Shown: positions 9,928 through 20,062, counted from the first letter of the stretch. The stretch is 64,000 nt of DNA from Candidatus Bathyarchaeia archaeon (GCA_038883775.1 JAVZLM010000001.1:1-64000); one strand, 5' to 3'. The notes: generated by a model not told the origin, from the letters alone. Numbers and translations are program-made.

Positions 9928-11391
9928 ATGGGAACAATAATAGCTCTGCTAAACAAAAAACACATGAATGCATTAAACACAGCCCTCGCAATTCTTCAAA
10001 TTTTCGAGTATAAGAACGCAGAAGCTTTCGGAATTGCATCCCCCAATCATGTGGAAATAGAAAAATCCACTGAAGCATTAAGAGGCAAGCCAATAAAATC
10101 ATCCATCATAATTGGATACATCTTCTCAAAAATCTTGAGATGGGACAAGCCTCAACCAATAATGCTGAAAAATGCAACGTTTGTTTTTGATGGAAGACTT
10201 TACCCACCTGTTGCAGACTTTTCTGACGCGGAGATTGCTGCAGAAAAACTTCCCAAAAATGAAGAAAATATTGAGAAATTCATCAAAAAAGAGGAGGGAG
10301 ACTTTGCCTTCGTAATAGCCAAACCTAAAGAACTTGTTGTTGGAAGAGATGCTATGGGGCTTCGCCCACTTTATTATGGTGAAAGTGCAAATTATATTGC
10401 GTTAGCCTCTGAACGCAAAGCCTTATGGAAAATCGGAATAAAAGATGTAAATTCTTTTCCGCCTGGGCACATGGCGATAATCAACAAAAATGGCTTCAAA
10501 TTTAAACCCATAAAAACACTTGTCCGCTCAAAGACAAAAACGGTATCCATGAAAGAAGCGCTAAAGAAACTTAAAATCATCTTGCAAAAAACGGTTGAGG
10601 AAAGAGTTTCTGGATTAGAGGAAGTTGCAGTAGCCTTCTCTGGAGGTTTAGACAGTAGCATAATCGCTCTTCTAGCTAAAAATTTGGGGGTGAATGTTAA
10701 GTTAATTCATGTAAGCCTAAAAAACCAGCCAGAAACCCAGCATGCAAAAGAGGCGGCAGAAGCACTGCAACTTCCAATTCACATCTACCTTTACGAAGAA
10801 GAAGCGGTAGCGGAAACCATTCCAAAAGTTCTTTGGCTAATTGAGGAGCCAAATCCCTTAAAGGTAAGCATAGGCATTCCATTTTATTGGATGGCAGAAA
10901 ACACCGCAAAAATGAAGCTTAAAATATTATTAGCTGGACAAGGCGCCGACGAACTCTTCGGAGGCTATAGACGTTACGTAAACGATTATAAACGATATGG
11001 AAGCGAAATGGCGCAAGAAAAAATCTTTAATGACATTGCTAAAATGTATGAGAATAACTTGGAAAGAGATTTCAAGATTTGCAACTTTCACAATGTGGAA
11101 ATGCGTTTGCCTTTTGCAACCTACTCTATGGCAAAATTTGCCATATCTTTACCACTTAAGTTAAAAATTAAGTTGGTAGATGAAGGAATGCGAAAGATTG
11201 TGCTGAGGCATTTGGGAGAAAAACTGGGGCTTCCAAAATGGATAACTCAAAGACATAAAAAGGCAATCCAATATGCGACAGGCGTAACCAAAACCCTCAA
11301 GAAATTAGCTAATGGTAAAGGATTATCTCAAAAAGCGTACTTGCAGCAAACATTCCAGACCATTCTAAAAAGGAAATTGGAAAATGAATAA
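9928..11391 (+). CDS. Asparagine synthetase-like (AsnB family) amide ligase lacking the N-terminal catalytic Cys
   Basis: RDAMGLRPLYY, FSGGLDSS, GQGADELFGGY, K.AIQY motifs; begins MGTII rather than MCGI. Confidence 0.85.
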   Translation: MGTIIALLNKKHMNALNTALAILQIFEYKNAEAFGIASPNHVEIEKSTEALRGKPIKSSIIIGYIFSKILRWDKPQPIMLKNATFVFDGRLYPPVADFSDAEIAAEKLPKNEENIEKFIKKEEGDFAFVIAKPKELVVGRDAMGLRPLYYGESANYIALASERKALWKIGIKDVNSFPPGHMAIINKNGFKFKPIKTLVRSKTKTVSMKEALKKLKIILQKTVEERVSGLEEVAVAFSGGLDSSIIALLAKNLGVNVKLIHVSLKNQPETQHAKEAAEALQLPIHIYLYEEEAVAETIPKVLWLIEEPNPLKVSIGIPFYWMAENTAKMKLKILLAGQGADELFGGYRRYVNDYKRYGSEMAQEKIFNDIAKMYENNLERDFKICNFHNVEMRLPFATYSMAKFAISLPLKLKIKLVDEGMRKIVLRHLGEKLGLPKWITQRHKKAIQYATGVTKTLKKLANGKGLSQKAYLQQTFQTILKRKLENE

Positions 11392-12448
11392 GACTGCGGT
11401 TATATTTTCACCCATATATTATCAGCATAATCCAGGCAGAAACCATCCCGAATCGGCAAGACGACTCAGCGCCATTATCACTGAATTAAAAAGGGGGCAA
11501 TTATCAAAAAGCAGAAATTGGCAGTTTGTAGAACCAGAAAAAGCCAGCATAGAACACATCAAACTAATCCACGACATAGAATACATTAGATTTGTTGAGG
11601 CTTTCTGCCGCTCTGGAGGAGGCCTACTAGACCCAGAAGACACCGTGGTTTCGTTGAAAAGCTTTGAGATTGCCCTTTACGCTGCTGGCGGAACATTAAA
11701 AGCAGTCGACTTGGTCATGAATGGCAAATATGAAAATGCTTTTGCTGTAGTTAGGCCGCCGGGTCATCATGCAGAAAGGTTTCGTGCTTTTGGTTTTTGC
11801 ATTTTCAACAATGTTGCCATAGCCGCAAAATATTTACTCAAGAATTATGGTTTAAAAAGAATCGGAATTCTAGACATTGATGCGCATCATGGAAATGGCA
11901 CGCAAGAAAGTTTCTACCAAACAGATAAAGTCTTATACGTAAGCTTGCATCAAGACCCCACAATTTTTCCAGGAACAGGGTTCAGTGACGAGATAGGGGA
12001 AGGTCAAGGTTTAGGCTTTAATGTTAATATTCCGCTTCCTTTTTGGACTGGTGACCGCTTATATTTGAAGGCATTGAGGGAGATTGTTGTGCCAATAATA
12101 CGGGAATACAAGCCTCAAATTATTCTTGTGTCGGCTGGTTTAGATGGACATTACACAGACCCTATTGGTAACCTTTCCCTTTCCGTATTGTGTTATCAAG
12201 AAATTTTTGAAACCGTAGTTAGATTGGCATCGGAAATATGCTATGGAAAGTTTGTATCCGTTTTAGAAGGAGGCTACAGTCTAAAGTTTGTTGGAAAGAT
12301 AACTGCAGCAGCCATCGCAAAAATGAGCAGAACATTTTATGCCATAAATGATAAGGCTCCACCAACCAGCAAGCATCGTGAAAGGAAAGGCGAAAAAATC
12401 ATAAAGGAAGTTACGAAAGCGCAGAGCAGCTTTTGGCGTTTAGGTTAG
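11384..12448 (+). CDS. Zn-dependent deacetylase (HDAC/AcuC/AphA family)
   Basis: HPESARRL, RPPGHHA, GFCIFNN, DIDAHHGNGTQ, SAGLDGH..DP, LEGGY. Confidence 0.93.
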   Translation: MNKTAVIFSPIYYQHNPGRNHPESARRLSAIITELKRGQLSKSRNWQFVEPEKASIEHIKLIHDIEYIRFVEAFCRSGGGLLDPEDTVVSLKSFEIALYAAGGTLKAVDLVMNGKYENAFAVVRPPGHHAERFRAFGFCIFNNVAIAAKYLLKNYGLKRIGILDIDAHHGNGTQESFYQTDKVLYVSLHQDPTIFPGTGFSDEIGEGQGLGFNVNIPLPFWTGDRLYLKALREIVVPIIREYKPQIILVSAGLDGHYTDPIGNLSLSVLCYQEIFETVVRLASEICYGKFVSVLEGGYSLKFVGKITAAAIAKMSRTFYAINDKAPPTSKHRERKGEKIIKEVTKAQSSFWRLG

Positions 12449-12482
12449 AAAATTAAAAGGAATGTTAAGAAGCAGGTACGCT

Positions 12483-12665
12483 TTATTCTATTACTTGTAT
12501 TGCGTTTTCTGGGCATTGAGCTTCGCATGCTCTGCAAACCAAACATTCTTCGGGTTTAACCGGAACAGACTTTCCATCTCTAATCTCGTAGACTCCAACG
12601 GGGCATGTATCCACGCAAGTGCCACATCCCGTGCATTTATGATTGTCAACTACTATTTTCACCAT
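12483..12665 (-). CDS. 2x[4Fe-4S] ferredoxin
   Basis: CTGCGTCVDTCP and CLVCRACEAQCP. Confidence 0.93.
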   Translation of the reverse strand: MVKIVVDNHKCTGCGTCVDTCPVGVYEIRDGKSVPVKPEECLVCRACEAQCPENAIQVIE

Positions 12666-12730
12666 ATTGCGCCCTCCTCTTTAACTAGATTTTCATTGAA
12701 TGCAAAGCGGTAGAATAAAAGCCTTTTGGG

Positions 12731-14470
12731 TTATCTGGCAGTTTCTTCACGTAACCTTAACAGAATTCCGTTAATAGTGGTTTCAGCCCGTTCTTTTCTG
12801 CGTTGATAATCAGCTAAAAGCTTTCGGTAAGCCTCTAGCGAGAGCTCACCTCTGCTGTGACGAGCTTCAATGCTTCGGCTGCTTGCTTCAACCTCATTTA
12901 TTTCAGTTTCTGCAACTTCAAGCTGCCGCATCAAATCCGCATACAAACCGCCAGCCCCACGCATCCGTTCTTTGTATTCCGCCAAACTCTTATTCAAACC
13001 GTTAAGGCGGGTTTCAAGGATTTTTCTTTGCACTTTATATCGGCGTCTGGGAATCTTTCCCTTACGCACTCTTATTTCAAGGGCTTCCAATTCCAAGACT
13101 ATTTTTCTTTTTTCTTCGTAAGCATTTACGAAAGATTTGACATATTCTGGACGAAGCCTTATAGCAGGCAAAGGAACAGCAACCCGAGCAGCAGCCCTTG
13201 GTCTCTTCCAAAAAACAACAACTGCAAATCCGAAAACAGCCAAAGCCCACATTATTAATGTAGGGCGGAATGATAACCATAAAGGGTTAAATTCGTACAT
13301 TATTTGCAAAACATTTTGCAAAGGAAGAATGCTTTCCAAATAAGTAACCCCTTGTTTGTTTATGGTTAGCCCCTCTTGAAAAACGCTTCTTGATATGTAA
13401 CAAGAGTAACCAATCAAGGTGTTCTCAGGAGTTAAAATCCTTGCGCCTTCTGGTAAAACAAAACTCACAGAGGCTGTCTGAATATAACAATTCGCATCTT
13501 TAAACAAAAGAGATGAGGCATTAAAAATATTAGTCCCTTTCTGTGTGCTGATGTAAATTTGGCTGGGCAAAGAGTATTTTATAGAAAACCTTGTGGACCT
13601 GTAGCTCTCTAAAGGCAGAGAGAGTGTGACTTTATACTGGTTTTTTTCTTTATTAACAATCACTAAATCCGACATTTTTCTGCCAAACTCATCTTCCGCT
13701 GTTGGGTTGGAAGCGTTTGGGGGTAAGACTATCTCAATGTAATTTATGGTGGTTGCTGATTTACTTGAAATGTAATAACTGTCTAAACCTTCTATTTCGC
13801 CTATACTACCTATTCTAATTTCACGTTTCAATTCCTTTACATCAATCAATCGCAATTCATCACCAGCGTAAGAGAACGTCACGTTTGCAGGTGAATAAGC
13901 AAAGGCGGAAAGCTCTTTGGAATATGTTGATGCATTAACGATTCCATCGTTCTTTATGACTTTCACATTACTTGCGCCCTTCGGCAAAACAATTGTCACA
14001 CTGCAATTGCTAACGCTTTCCGTAAAAGCGGGATAGGCTGGAAAATCTAGTGTATAACTTGATTGCGAAACCGTGAAGAGATTATTTGAGAGTACGAATG
14101 CAACCGTGAAAACTTGTGGTGCGCTCTGTGTAAGGTTTACTTCAACACCATAAAAACCCATCTTGCTTCCTAGGGGCACGTTAAGTTTTACTGGAAAAAT
14201 ATTATTTGAGTCGTAGGCTACACATTTGAGGATATGCAAACCATATTTATATGGAAACCCTATAAGAAACGTGTCAGGTGCTTGTCCAGCTAATTTAATA
14301 GTGTCATTTATTAAAATATAACCGTCATACAAAATTTCAACAGTATGATTTACTCTTGTTATGCTATAAGTTTGGGCAAATGTCAATTTGATGTTTTGCG
14401 AAAAGGAAGTCATAAAAAATAAAAGGACTATTACCGCGAACACTAAAGATATTTTCCTCATGGGTTTCAC
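12731..14470 (-). CDS. Ribophorin-I (OST1/RPN1)-like type I membrane protein
   Basis: Signal peptide, two tandem beta-rich extracellular repeats (RVNHTVEI..G.I.INDTI / ELKREIRI...G.I...DSY), many NxS/T sequons, one TM helix, cytoplasmic helical bundle. Confidence 0.6.
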   Translation of the reverse strand: MKPMRKISLVFAVIVLLFFMTSFSQNIKLTFAQTYSITRVNHTVEILYDGYILINDTIKLAGQAPDTFLIGFPYKYGLHILKCVAYDSNNIFPVKLNVPLGSKMGFYGVEVNLTQSAPQVFTVAFVLSNNLFTVSQSSYTLDFPAYPAFTESVSNCSVTIVLPKGASNVKVIKNDGIVNASTYSKELSAFAYSPANVTFSYAGDELRLIDVKELKREIRIGSIGEIEGLDSYYISSKSATTINYIEIVLPPNASNPTAEDEFGRKMSDLVIVNKEKNQYKVTLSLPLESYRSTRFSIKYSLPSQIYISTQKGTNIFNASSLLFKDANCYIQTASVSFVLPEGARILTPENTLIGYSCYISRSVFQEGLTINKQGVTYLESILPLQNVLQIMYEFNPLWLSFRPTLIMWALAVFGFAVVVFWKRPRAAARVAVPLPAIRLRPEYVKSFVNAYEEKRKIVLELEALEIRVRKGKIPRRRYKVQRKILETRLNGLNKSLAEYKERMRGAGGLYADLMRQLEVAETEINEVEASSRSIEARHSRGELSLEAYRKLLADYQRRKERAETTINGILLRLREETAR

Positions 14471-14600
14471 CGCAATATCGCAAGTTTTAGGCTTTTATTT
14501 AATAATAAGCCTATTTATTTACTTTTACGAATGTCGCCTCTCTCTTTTCTATGTGTTTGGAATAGAATAAAAAGAGAAGCACCTGCTTATGGTTTAAGTG

Positions 14601-14948
14601 TTAACGTGGCTCTCCATGTTTAAAGTAATAGTTCTCTTCTTTTTTAGGTCCAAAACTTCTTACGCCCTTCTCCCTAAGCTGCCTTCTCAGCTTTTTGGCG
14701 TATTGCTTTTCTATTTCGCCCCGTTTCTCCATAAAATCTATTATCTCTTTTGCTTGCTCCTCAGTGTCACATCGCCTAATGAAGTCTATCACGTCAGGCA
14801 TATAATGAGCAAATCTTTCACCTGAAGCCTTTTCTCCAGTTTGGATGTCTGTCCGCACAGAGTTTATTGCAACCTTATGCTCGTTAGAGTCCAATTCTTT
14901 GGCTAGGTTTGGAAAAAGCTTTTTGAACGTTTCTTTGTCGAATTCCAC
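14601..14948 (-). CDS. DUF2095-like conserved archaeal protein
   Basis: FKKLFPNLAKEL, PDVIDFIRRCDTEEQAKEIIDFMEKRGEI, GVRSFG.K...YY. Confidence 0.75.
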   Translation of the reverse strand: MEFDKETFKKLFPNLAKELDSNEHKVAINSVRTDIQTGEKASGERFAHYMPDVIDFIRRCDTEEQAKEIIDFMEKRGEIEKQYAKKLRRQLREKGVRSFGPKKEENYYFKHGEPR

Positions 14949-15032
14949 AATTGCACCTTCAACTGCGCTTGCATACCCATTTTTAATGTAATAAAACCCA
15001 ATATTTAAGCCTCTCCAAGACCTAACAACAAT

Positions 15033-15650
15033 TCACAAAGGAACAAAACGCTTTGTCGGATTTTCTCTGAGCAAAATTTCTAATTCCAACAGAGAAAGCC
15101 CTTTAATCTCATCTCCATAAACATCACATTTCACCTTGCGATACGCCTCTTCGGGGCTTCGAACGATAACTTCGAATTTTTCTCCACTTGAAGATTCGCA
15201 ATATATGTGAAAAGATGTTACTTTCCTTCCCTGTTCGGTAATGTTTGTCCATTCAGTTTTTAGCATTCTAAAGTTATTCTTTTCTAAGATTTTTTCAACC
15301 GCCTTCGGTTCATCGTGATACACTATTATGTCTATGTCGCTTTGGTGGTGTGCTGTTCCACGCCAGACACTTCCAACAAGAAGAGGCTTGTAGGCTTTCA
15401 ATATTTTCATTAGTTTTAAAGCTTCTTTTCGCCTTTGAATCAAACGTTCTTCTCTTGACTTGCCTTCGATTTCATCTGCTATTTTGTCAAGTTCCCTTAC
15501 AACTTCAAGGTTTGTTGGAAGAAATTTTACCCCAAACGTTTTTGCAGCCCTCAGTTTTGCCTGTTTATATTCCTTTTCAACACCAAAATAGAGAAGACTG
15601 GCGGCTTCCCTTGCAACCTTCGTTCTTAACTCTTTGGAACAACTTTTCAA
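15033..15650 (-). CDS. Pol-beta-like nucleotidyltransferase domain protein
   Basis: LVGSVWRG....SDIDI motif after a helical N-terminal domain. Confidence 0.8.
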   Translation of the reverse strand: MKSCSKELRTKVAREAASLLYFGVEKEYKQAKLRAAKTFGVKFLPTNLEVVRELDKIADEIEGKSREERLIQRRKEALKLMKILKAYKPLLVGSVWRGTAHHQSDIDIIVYHDEPKAVEKILEKNNFRMLKTEWTNITEQGRKVTSFHIYCESSSGEKFEVIVRSPEEAYRKVKCDVYGDEIKGLSLLELEILLRENPTKRFVPL

Positions 15651-15672
15651 GGGCTAACCCATAAAAGTTAGT

Positions 15673-16923
15673 TTAGCGTTTGATTATTTGCTCGTATAAT
15701 TCTATTGTTTTTTGTGCAGCCTTGTCCCATGTGAACTCGTTTAAAACCCTTTTTCTACCATTGTTTCCAAGCCATTTGGCTTTTTCAGGACTTTCTAGAG
15801 CGCTGGTTATTCCCCAAGCTATGTCTGCTGGATTATTTGGATTTATATGAAAGCCACATTGTTCTTCGCCGCATGGAACAACGATTTCTCGCATTCCGCT
15901 TATGCCTGCGGCGCCAACAACGACTGGACGTTTCATGCTCATGGCTTCGAGTGCTACTATTCCGAAGGGTTCGTAGAGGCTTGGGAAAACTGCAACATCG
16001 GAAGCAGCGTAATGGAGAATGCGCTCTTCTTCTGGGACAAAGTCGAAGTTAAACTTTACAGAGCCATTTAGCCTTATGGTTTTAACCAGATTAACCAAAT
16101 AGTCTTGTAAGTCGCCGATACCCACAATAACCAGTTTTGCTTTTGGTATTTTCTCTAAAACATGGGGCATAGCCATTATCAGTTTATCAACGCCTTTAAC
16201 GCCCACAAGTCTTCCCAAAAAGAGAATCATGGGTTCATCATCTTTTATTCCGTAAAAATCCCTTATCTTCTTAACTTGCTCTGGGTTCACGTTTTCTGGA
16301 TTATACTTTTGCGGGTCGACGCCGTTGTAGCATACTTGAATTTTTTCTTTTGGGAACCCAAGTTTTGTAAGTTCGTCTTTCATGGCATAGGAGACGGTTA
16401 TGATTAGGTCGGCTGCTTTGGCACCATGTAGCTCAATGTTACTTACAACTTCTGAACCGTTTCCGAGAGTTCTTCCTTTTTCCGTGGAATGTACATGGAA
16501 TGCGAAGGGCAATCCAACCTCTTTTTTGATGGTTATTCCGCTTATGGCTGAGAGCCAATCATGAGCGATTACAATGTCATACTTAAAATTCTCTTTCTTA
16601 ATCAATTCGTTAACGAGTTTTGAAGCGCTAAGGTAGTTGTAAACGAGAATTTTGGAGAAAAGTTGAATGCCTCTACCCCATTTTTTAACGTCTTCCGCAA
16701 GAACATCGGGCAGAGAATCCGAAATATCAATGTGTAATGGACGGTGAATTTCTATGCCCCGCCAGATTTCCCTTGTTGGAAGACTGCCTTCATCATCGTT
16801 CATTGTGAAAACTGTCACGTCATGATCCATTAAAACAAACTTTCGTGTAATTTCAGCGGCATAAGTCCCTAATCCACCAACAATTTTTGGTGGATACTCA
16901 TAAACCAACACAGCCATTTTCAT
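15673..16923 (-). CDS. GT4 glycosyltransferase (glycogen synthase-like)
   Basis: EYPP..VGGLG, HDW, FLGRL...KG, PSLYEPFGIVALEAM. Confidence 0.9.
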   Translation of the reverse strand: MKMAVLVYEYPPKIVGGLGTYAAEITRKFVLMDHDVTVFTMNDDEGSLPTREIWRGIEIHRPLHIDISDSLPDVLAEDVKKWGRGIQLFSKILVYNYLSASKLVNELIKKENFKYDIVIAHDWLSAISGITIKKEVGLPFAFHVHSTEKGRTLGNGSEVVSNIELHGAKAADLIITVSYAMKDELTKLGFPKEKIQVCYNGVDPQKYNPENVNPEQVKKIRDFYGIKDDEPMILFLGRLVGVKGVDKLIMAMPHVLEKIPKAKLVIVGIGDLQDYLVNLVKTIRLNGSVKFNFDFVPEEERILHYAASDVAVFPSLYEPFGIVALEAMSMKRPVVVGAAGISGMREIVVPCGEEQCGFHINPNNPADIAWGITSALESPEKAKWLGNNGRKRVLNEFTWDKAAQKTIELYEQIIKR

Positions 16924-17010
16924 TCTTTTTCACCGTCTTTCCGTTTAGGTTAATGGTGCTCTATGCTTACTAACCAAGTGCTTATTTACTTTCCTCATAA
17001 ATTTGAGCGC

Positions 17011-17642
17011 TTAAACTGTTGCAGTGAGTATCCAGCGGCTTGAAAGTTTTCCTTCAACTTCCCGCTCCCACAACTCCATTTTAACAATGTGAAAGTCTTT
17101 AAAAAGATGTCTTATTTCCTCTTCATCACTAAAATGGTGAAGAACACCCCTCTCTGCGCCTTCCTTGTGAATAAAGGTGTCTTCTTCCACTTTCTCGCCT
17201 ATACCATATCTGTAGTCCTCTTTGACAAAAGGTTGACGAGAAGAAAACCCTTTTTCTTTAAAATTCTTTGAATTTCGGAAATCGTTTCTTGCATATCCTT
17301 GAATTTTTGATGATAAAGGGTATGGAGACATATTACAGTGTCAAAGCAAGAATCCATGTAAGGCAAGAATTTCATGTGGCACTTTACAATTTGGGCTTCT
17401 AAATTTTGTTTTTTAAGCCTGCGTTTCGTAGTGTTTAATGCAGTTTCTGAAATATCTATTCCATGAGCTTCGAATCCTTGCTGGGCCATATAAATCAGAT
17501 GTCTTCCAGCGTCACATCCAAGGTCAAGCACACGTCCAACTTTTTTCTTCGTCTTTAGAAAAGCAGCAAAATTAACCACTAATTCGTCAGGTTCTTCTGG
17601 ACTGTATCTTTTTTTCCGTAATATTTGGTTCCATTCTGACAT
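17011..17642 (-). pseudogene. Class I SAM-dependent methyltransferase, frameshifted
   Basis: The N-part (MSEWNQ...VLDLGCDAGRH...LVNLLSK) and C-part (EDYRYG..VEEDTF...HHFSDEEEI..LF) are in different frames; one extra A at about 17221-17223 would join them. Confidence 0.8.
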
Positions 17643-17736
17643 TAACTTTTCCCGTTTAAACCTCTCATCGCTTATAGGAAAATATGAAAAATCTATTAAA
17701 TAACATATTTGTAAATTAAAAGAGGAGTGCAACAAA

Positions 17737-18291
17737 ATGAGTATTTCTCCTGTTAAAAGGTTAATTCTTGAAACTATGTGGATGCTTAACAAGCCGGCTA
17801 AAGCTTCTGAAATAGCGAAGGAGGCTGGTTTAGGTTTTCCATCCGTTATGATGCACGTGATTGGACTTACTCGCATGGGATACGCTGAAGCTAATGAAAA
17901 GGGATATTATTCCATAACAGAAAAAGGCAAAAGAGCGCTTGGTTTTCCAGAAATAAGCAGGGAAAAAGCTGAAGAAATTTTGGCTTATTTGCCAATGGAA
18001 AAATCATTTCACTTTTATGCGGATATCGGAAAACCTTTAAACATTCACGCTGCAAGTCTCCAAGACTTCTGCGACAAAATTTCCAAAATTGATATCGTCT
18101 CTTTAGAATTTCATTTTTACCGCGGGGATTTTGAGGCTTGGTTCATGGGGTTGGGCGATGTGGAGCTGGCAAGGAAAACGCTTCTCCTAAAAGAACAGAA
18201 AATTTTTGGCGAGGAAATCCGCAAAAGGCTTTATGAAGTTGTGAAAAATCGATGCGAAGAGCTAGCAAAAATCAGAAAGCAATCGCACTAA
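17737..18291 (+). CDS. Winged-HTH protein fused to a DUF5752-like domain
   Basis: N-terminal ASEIAKEAGL...GYYSITEKG wHTH; C-terminal FHFY...G.....AASL.DF...SLEFH..RGDF.AW. Confidence 0.7.
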   Translation: MSISPVKRLILETMWMLNKPAKASEIAKEAGLGFPSVMMHVIGLTRMGYAEANEKGYYSITEKGKRALGFPEISREKAEEILAYLPMEKSFHFYADIGKPLNIHAASLQDFCDKISKIDIVSLEFHFYRGDFEAWFMGLGDVELARKTLLLKEQKIFGEEIRKRLYEVVKNRCEELAKIRKQSH

Positions 18292-18314
18292 CCAAACCAA
18301 ATAGGTTTAAGACT

Positions 18315-19436
18315 TTATGTTGGCTTAAAGCGTTCCTTGAGTTTCTCTAGAATCTGCTGTAAAGTAGTATATTCCATCTCTTCCGGACCCAAACGCGCAG
18401 GCTCAAACTCCCCCATACGCCTAAGCATAGAAGCATACTCTAAAGCTTCCTTTCTAGCTAAAGCAAAGGCTGGATCATCAAACAAATCCGCTATCATGGG
18501 TTTTCCATCATCAGTGCTTGCAATTTTCCCATTGGAAACTTGAAAGCCCAAAGCAACTATTCTCGGCGGGCCATCAAAAAGCGTACACTTTGCATCCTTT
18601 AAGCCTACAGGCATTATGGGTCCCCAATGGCTTCCGCGCATCCACCCCTCAACAAGATAGCTATGCATGAATGGCGCGAGAATTTCGCCAACTGCTGGCA
18701 GTCCATGCTGGGCTCGGATAATCATGACTGGATCATCTTTTCCAACGTATTTTCCAGCAATCCGCGAAAGGCGTGTTACGCTGCCAACAGCACATATCAA
18801 GTCATCTCGTGCTCGCCAAACACGTGAAACCATGTAACGCTGAACTGTTCCGATCAAAGCTATTAACTCATACATTTCTTCTGGACATTTGAGCACAACG
18901 CTCTTGTTTTCGATGGTGTCTAAAACTTCAAATTTGAAGCCTCCCGCCATGTTAGGGTCTATGACTAATCCCGCCGTATTCATTGGGTCAGCAAAAATTC
19001 GGAAAAGGGGAAAGTTGAATGCTCCCCCAGAGGTTTTGTCAGCGGCAAAAACAACCACGGGGTCAGAGCCTCGCTCTTCTATTTCCATTTCAGCAACGCC
19101 AGGTCCCATTCCACGAATGTTTCCGCTGAAGGCTGTCTTCAATATGTCTTGTCCAGCACCATACAATTTTAACTCTAAAGCTTTGTCCGCTGCTTCTCGG
19201 AAAGTGTCCCATGCAACTTTATGAATGTCTGGGTTGGATTCGCCCCTTTCATGCACCATAAGAAGCTGCAAGTCATCTCCCACATTGAAAACGTAATAAC
19301 TATTAATCAAACCCTCTTCCTTCATTGCCTTAAGATTTTTCTCGGCAATATTAAGTAGCGGTTTTGGAACAACATGGTGACCCGCTAAAGAACCCACATC
19401 ACACTTGATTAGGGAAACTGTGGTCTTCTTGGGCAT
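18315..19436 (-). CDS. fbp: Fructose-1,6-bisphosphate aldolase/phosphatase (class V FBPase)
   Basis: K.DVGSLAGH, GDD, LYGAGQD, GN.RGMGPG.AE, YVGKDDP, GWMRGSH.GP, EMEYTT. Confidence 0.95.
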   Translation of the reverse strand: MPKKTTVSLIKCDVGSLAGHHVVPKPLLNIAEKNLKAMKEEGLINSYYVFNVGDDLQLLMVHERGESNPDIHKVAWDTFREAADKALELKLYGAGQDILKTAFSGNIRGMGPGVAEMEIEERGSDPVVVFAADKTSGGAFNFPLFRIFADPMNTAGLVIDPNMAGGFKFEVLDTIENKSVVLKCPEEMYELIALIGTVQRYMVSRVWRARDDLICAVGSVTRLSRIAGKYVGKDDPVMIIRAQHGLPAVGEILAPFMHSYLVEGWMRGSHWGPIMPVGLKDAKCTLFDGPPRIVALGFQVSNGKIASTDDGKPMIADLFDDPAFALARKEALEYASMLRRMGEFEPARLGPEEMEYTTLQQILEKLKERFKPT

Positions 19437-19561
19437 ATAAATCACTTAACCAAGTTTCGGTTTAGAGTTAGACTAGAGCTTTTAAAAGACTTGCGAAAGA
19501 AAACCCACAAATAAACCATACACCAATAAAAGTTCACTAAGGCTAACAAGGAAGGAGTCTT

Positions 19562-20062
19562 GTGGAGAAGTTAAGGGTTATCTCTGTAAAAATACCAGAA
19601 GAAGTCTACAAAGAAATGCTCTTACGGGTTCCAGAAGGAGAAAGAAGCAATTTTATTCGTGACGCTATAATCGAAAAACTTCAAAAAACACCAAAACCAG
19701 ACAAAATTCTCGAGTTAGAACAAAGAATTGAAAAAATGGAGAGGGAGCTTTCAGAGATAAGGAACTATCTTTCAGACTTGGAATTGCTAACGTATGAGAA
19801 GGGAAAAATTAATCCTCACGCATTTTGTATGGATGAAACAGACCAAAAAATAATCGATTACCTAATACACTACAAAGGCGCCACAACTCCAGAACTGGCA
19901 GAGTACCTAAAAACAAACAGATGGCTAATCCTAAACAGACTCAGAAAAATAGAAAAAGCATCAAGAAAACAGCTTGGAAAACCCATAATAGAATATTACG
20001 CAGGAGAAAAATCGGGCAAGAAAAAAGCTTGGTGGATAAACGAAGAACTAATCGAAACATAA
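19562..20062 (+). CDS. Putative regulator: ribbon-helix-helix, coiled coil and winged HTH
   Basis: VISVKIPEE...RSNFIRDAI RHH; ATTPELAEYL...R wHTH. Confidence 0.65.
   Translation: MEKLRVISVKIPEEVYKEMLLRVPEGERSNFIRDAIIEKLQKTPKPDKILELEQRIEKMERELSEIRNYLSDLELLTYEKGKINPHAFCMDETDQKIIDYLIHYKGATTPELAEYLKTNRWLILNRLRKIEKASRKQLGKPIIEYYAGEKSGKKKAWWINEELIET

Noticed and set aside
17199-17240. Programmed -1 frameshift in the split methyltransferase
   Set aside because: There is no canonical slippery heptamer at the junction and the SAM motif is also damaged, so decay or sequencing error is more parsimonious.
17643-17876. N-terminal extension of ORF 17199-17876
   Set aside because: It overlaps the divergent wHTH gene and its promoter; the real start is more plausibly the ATG at 17642.
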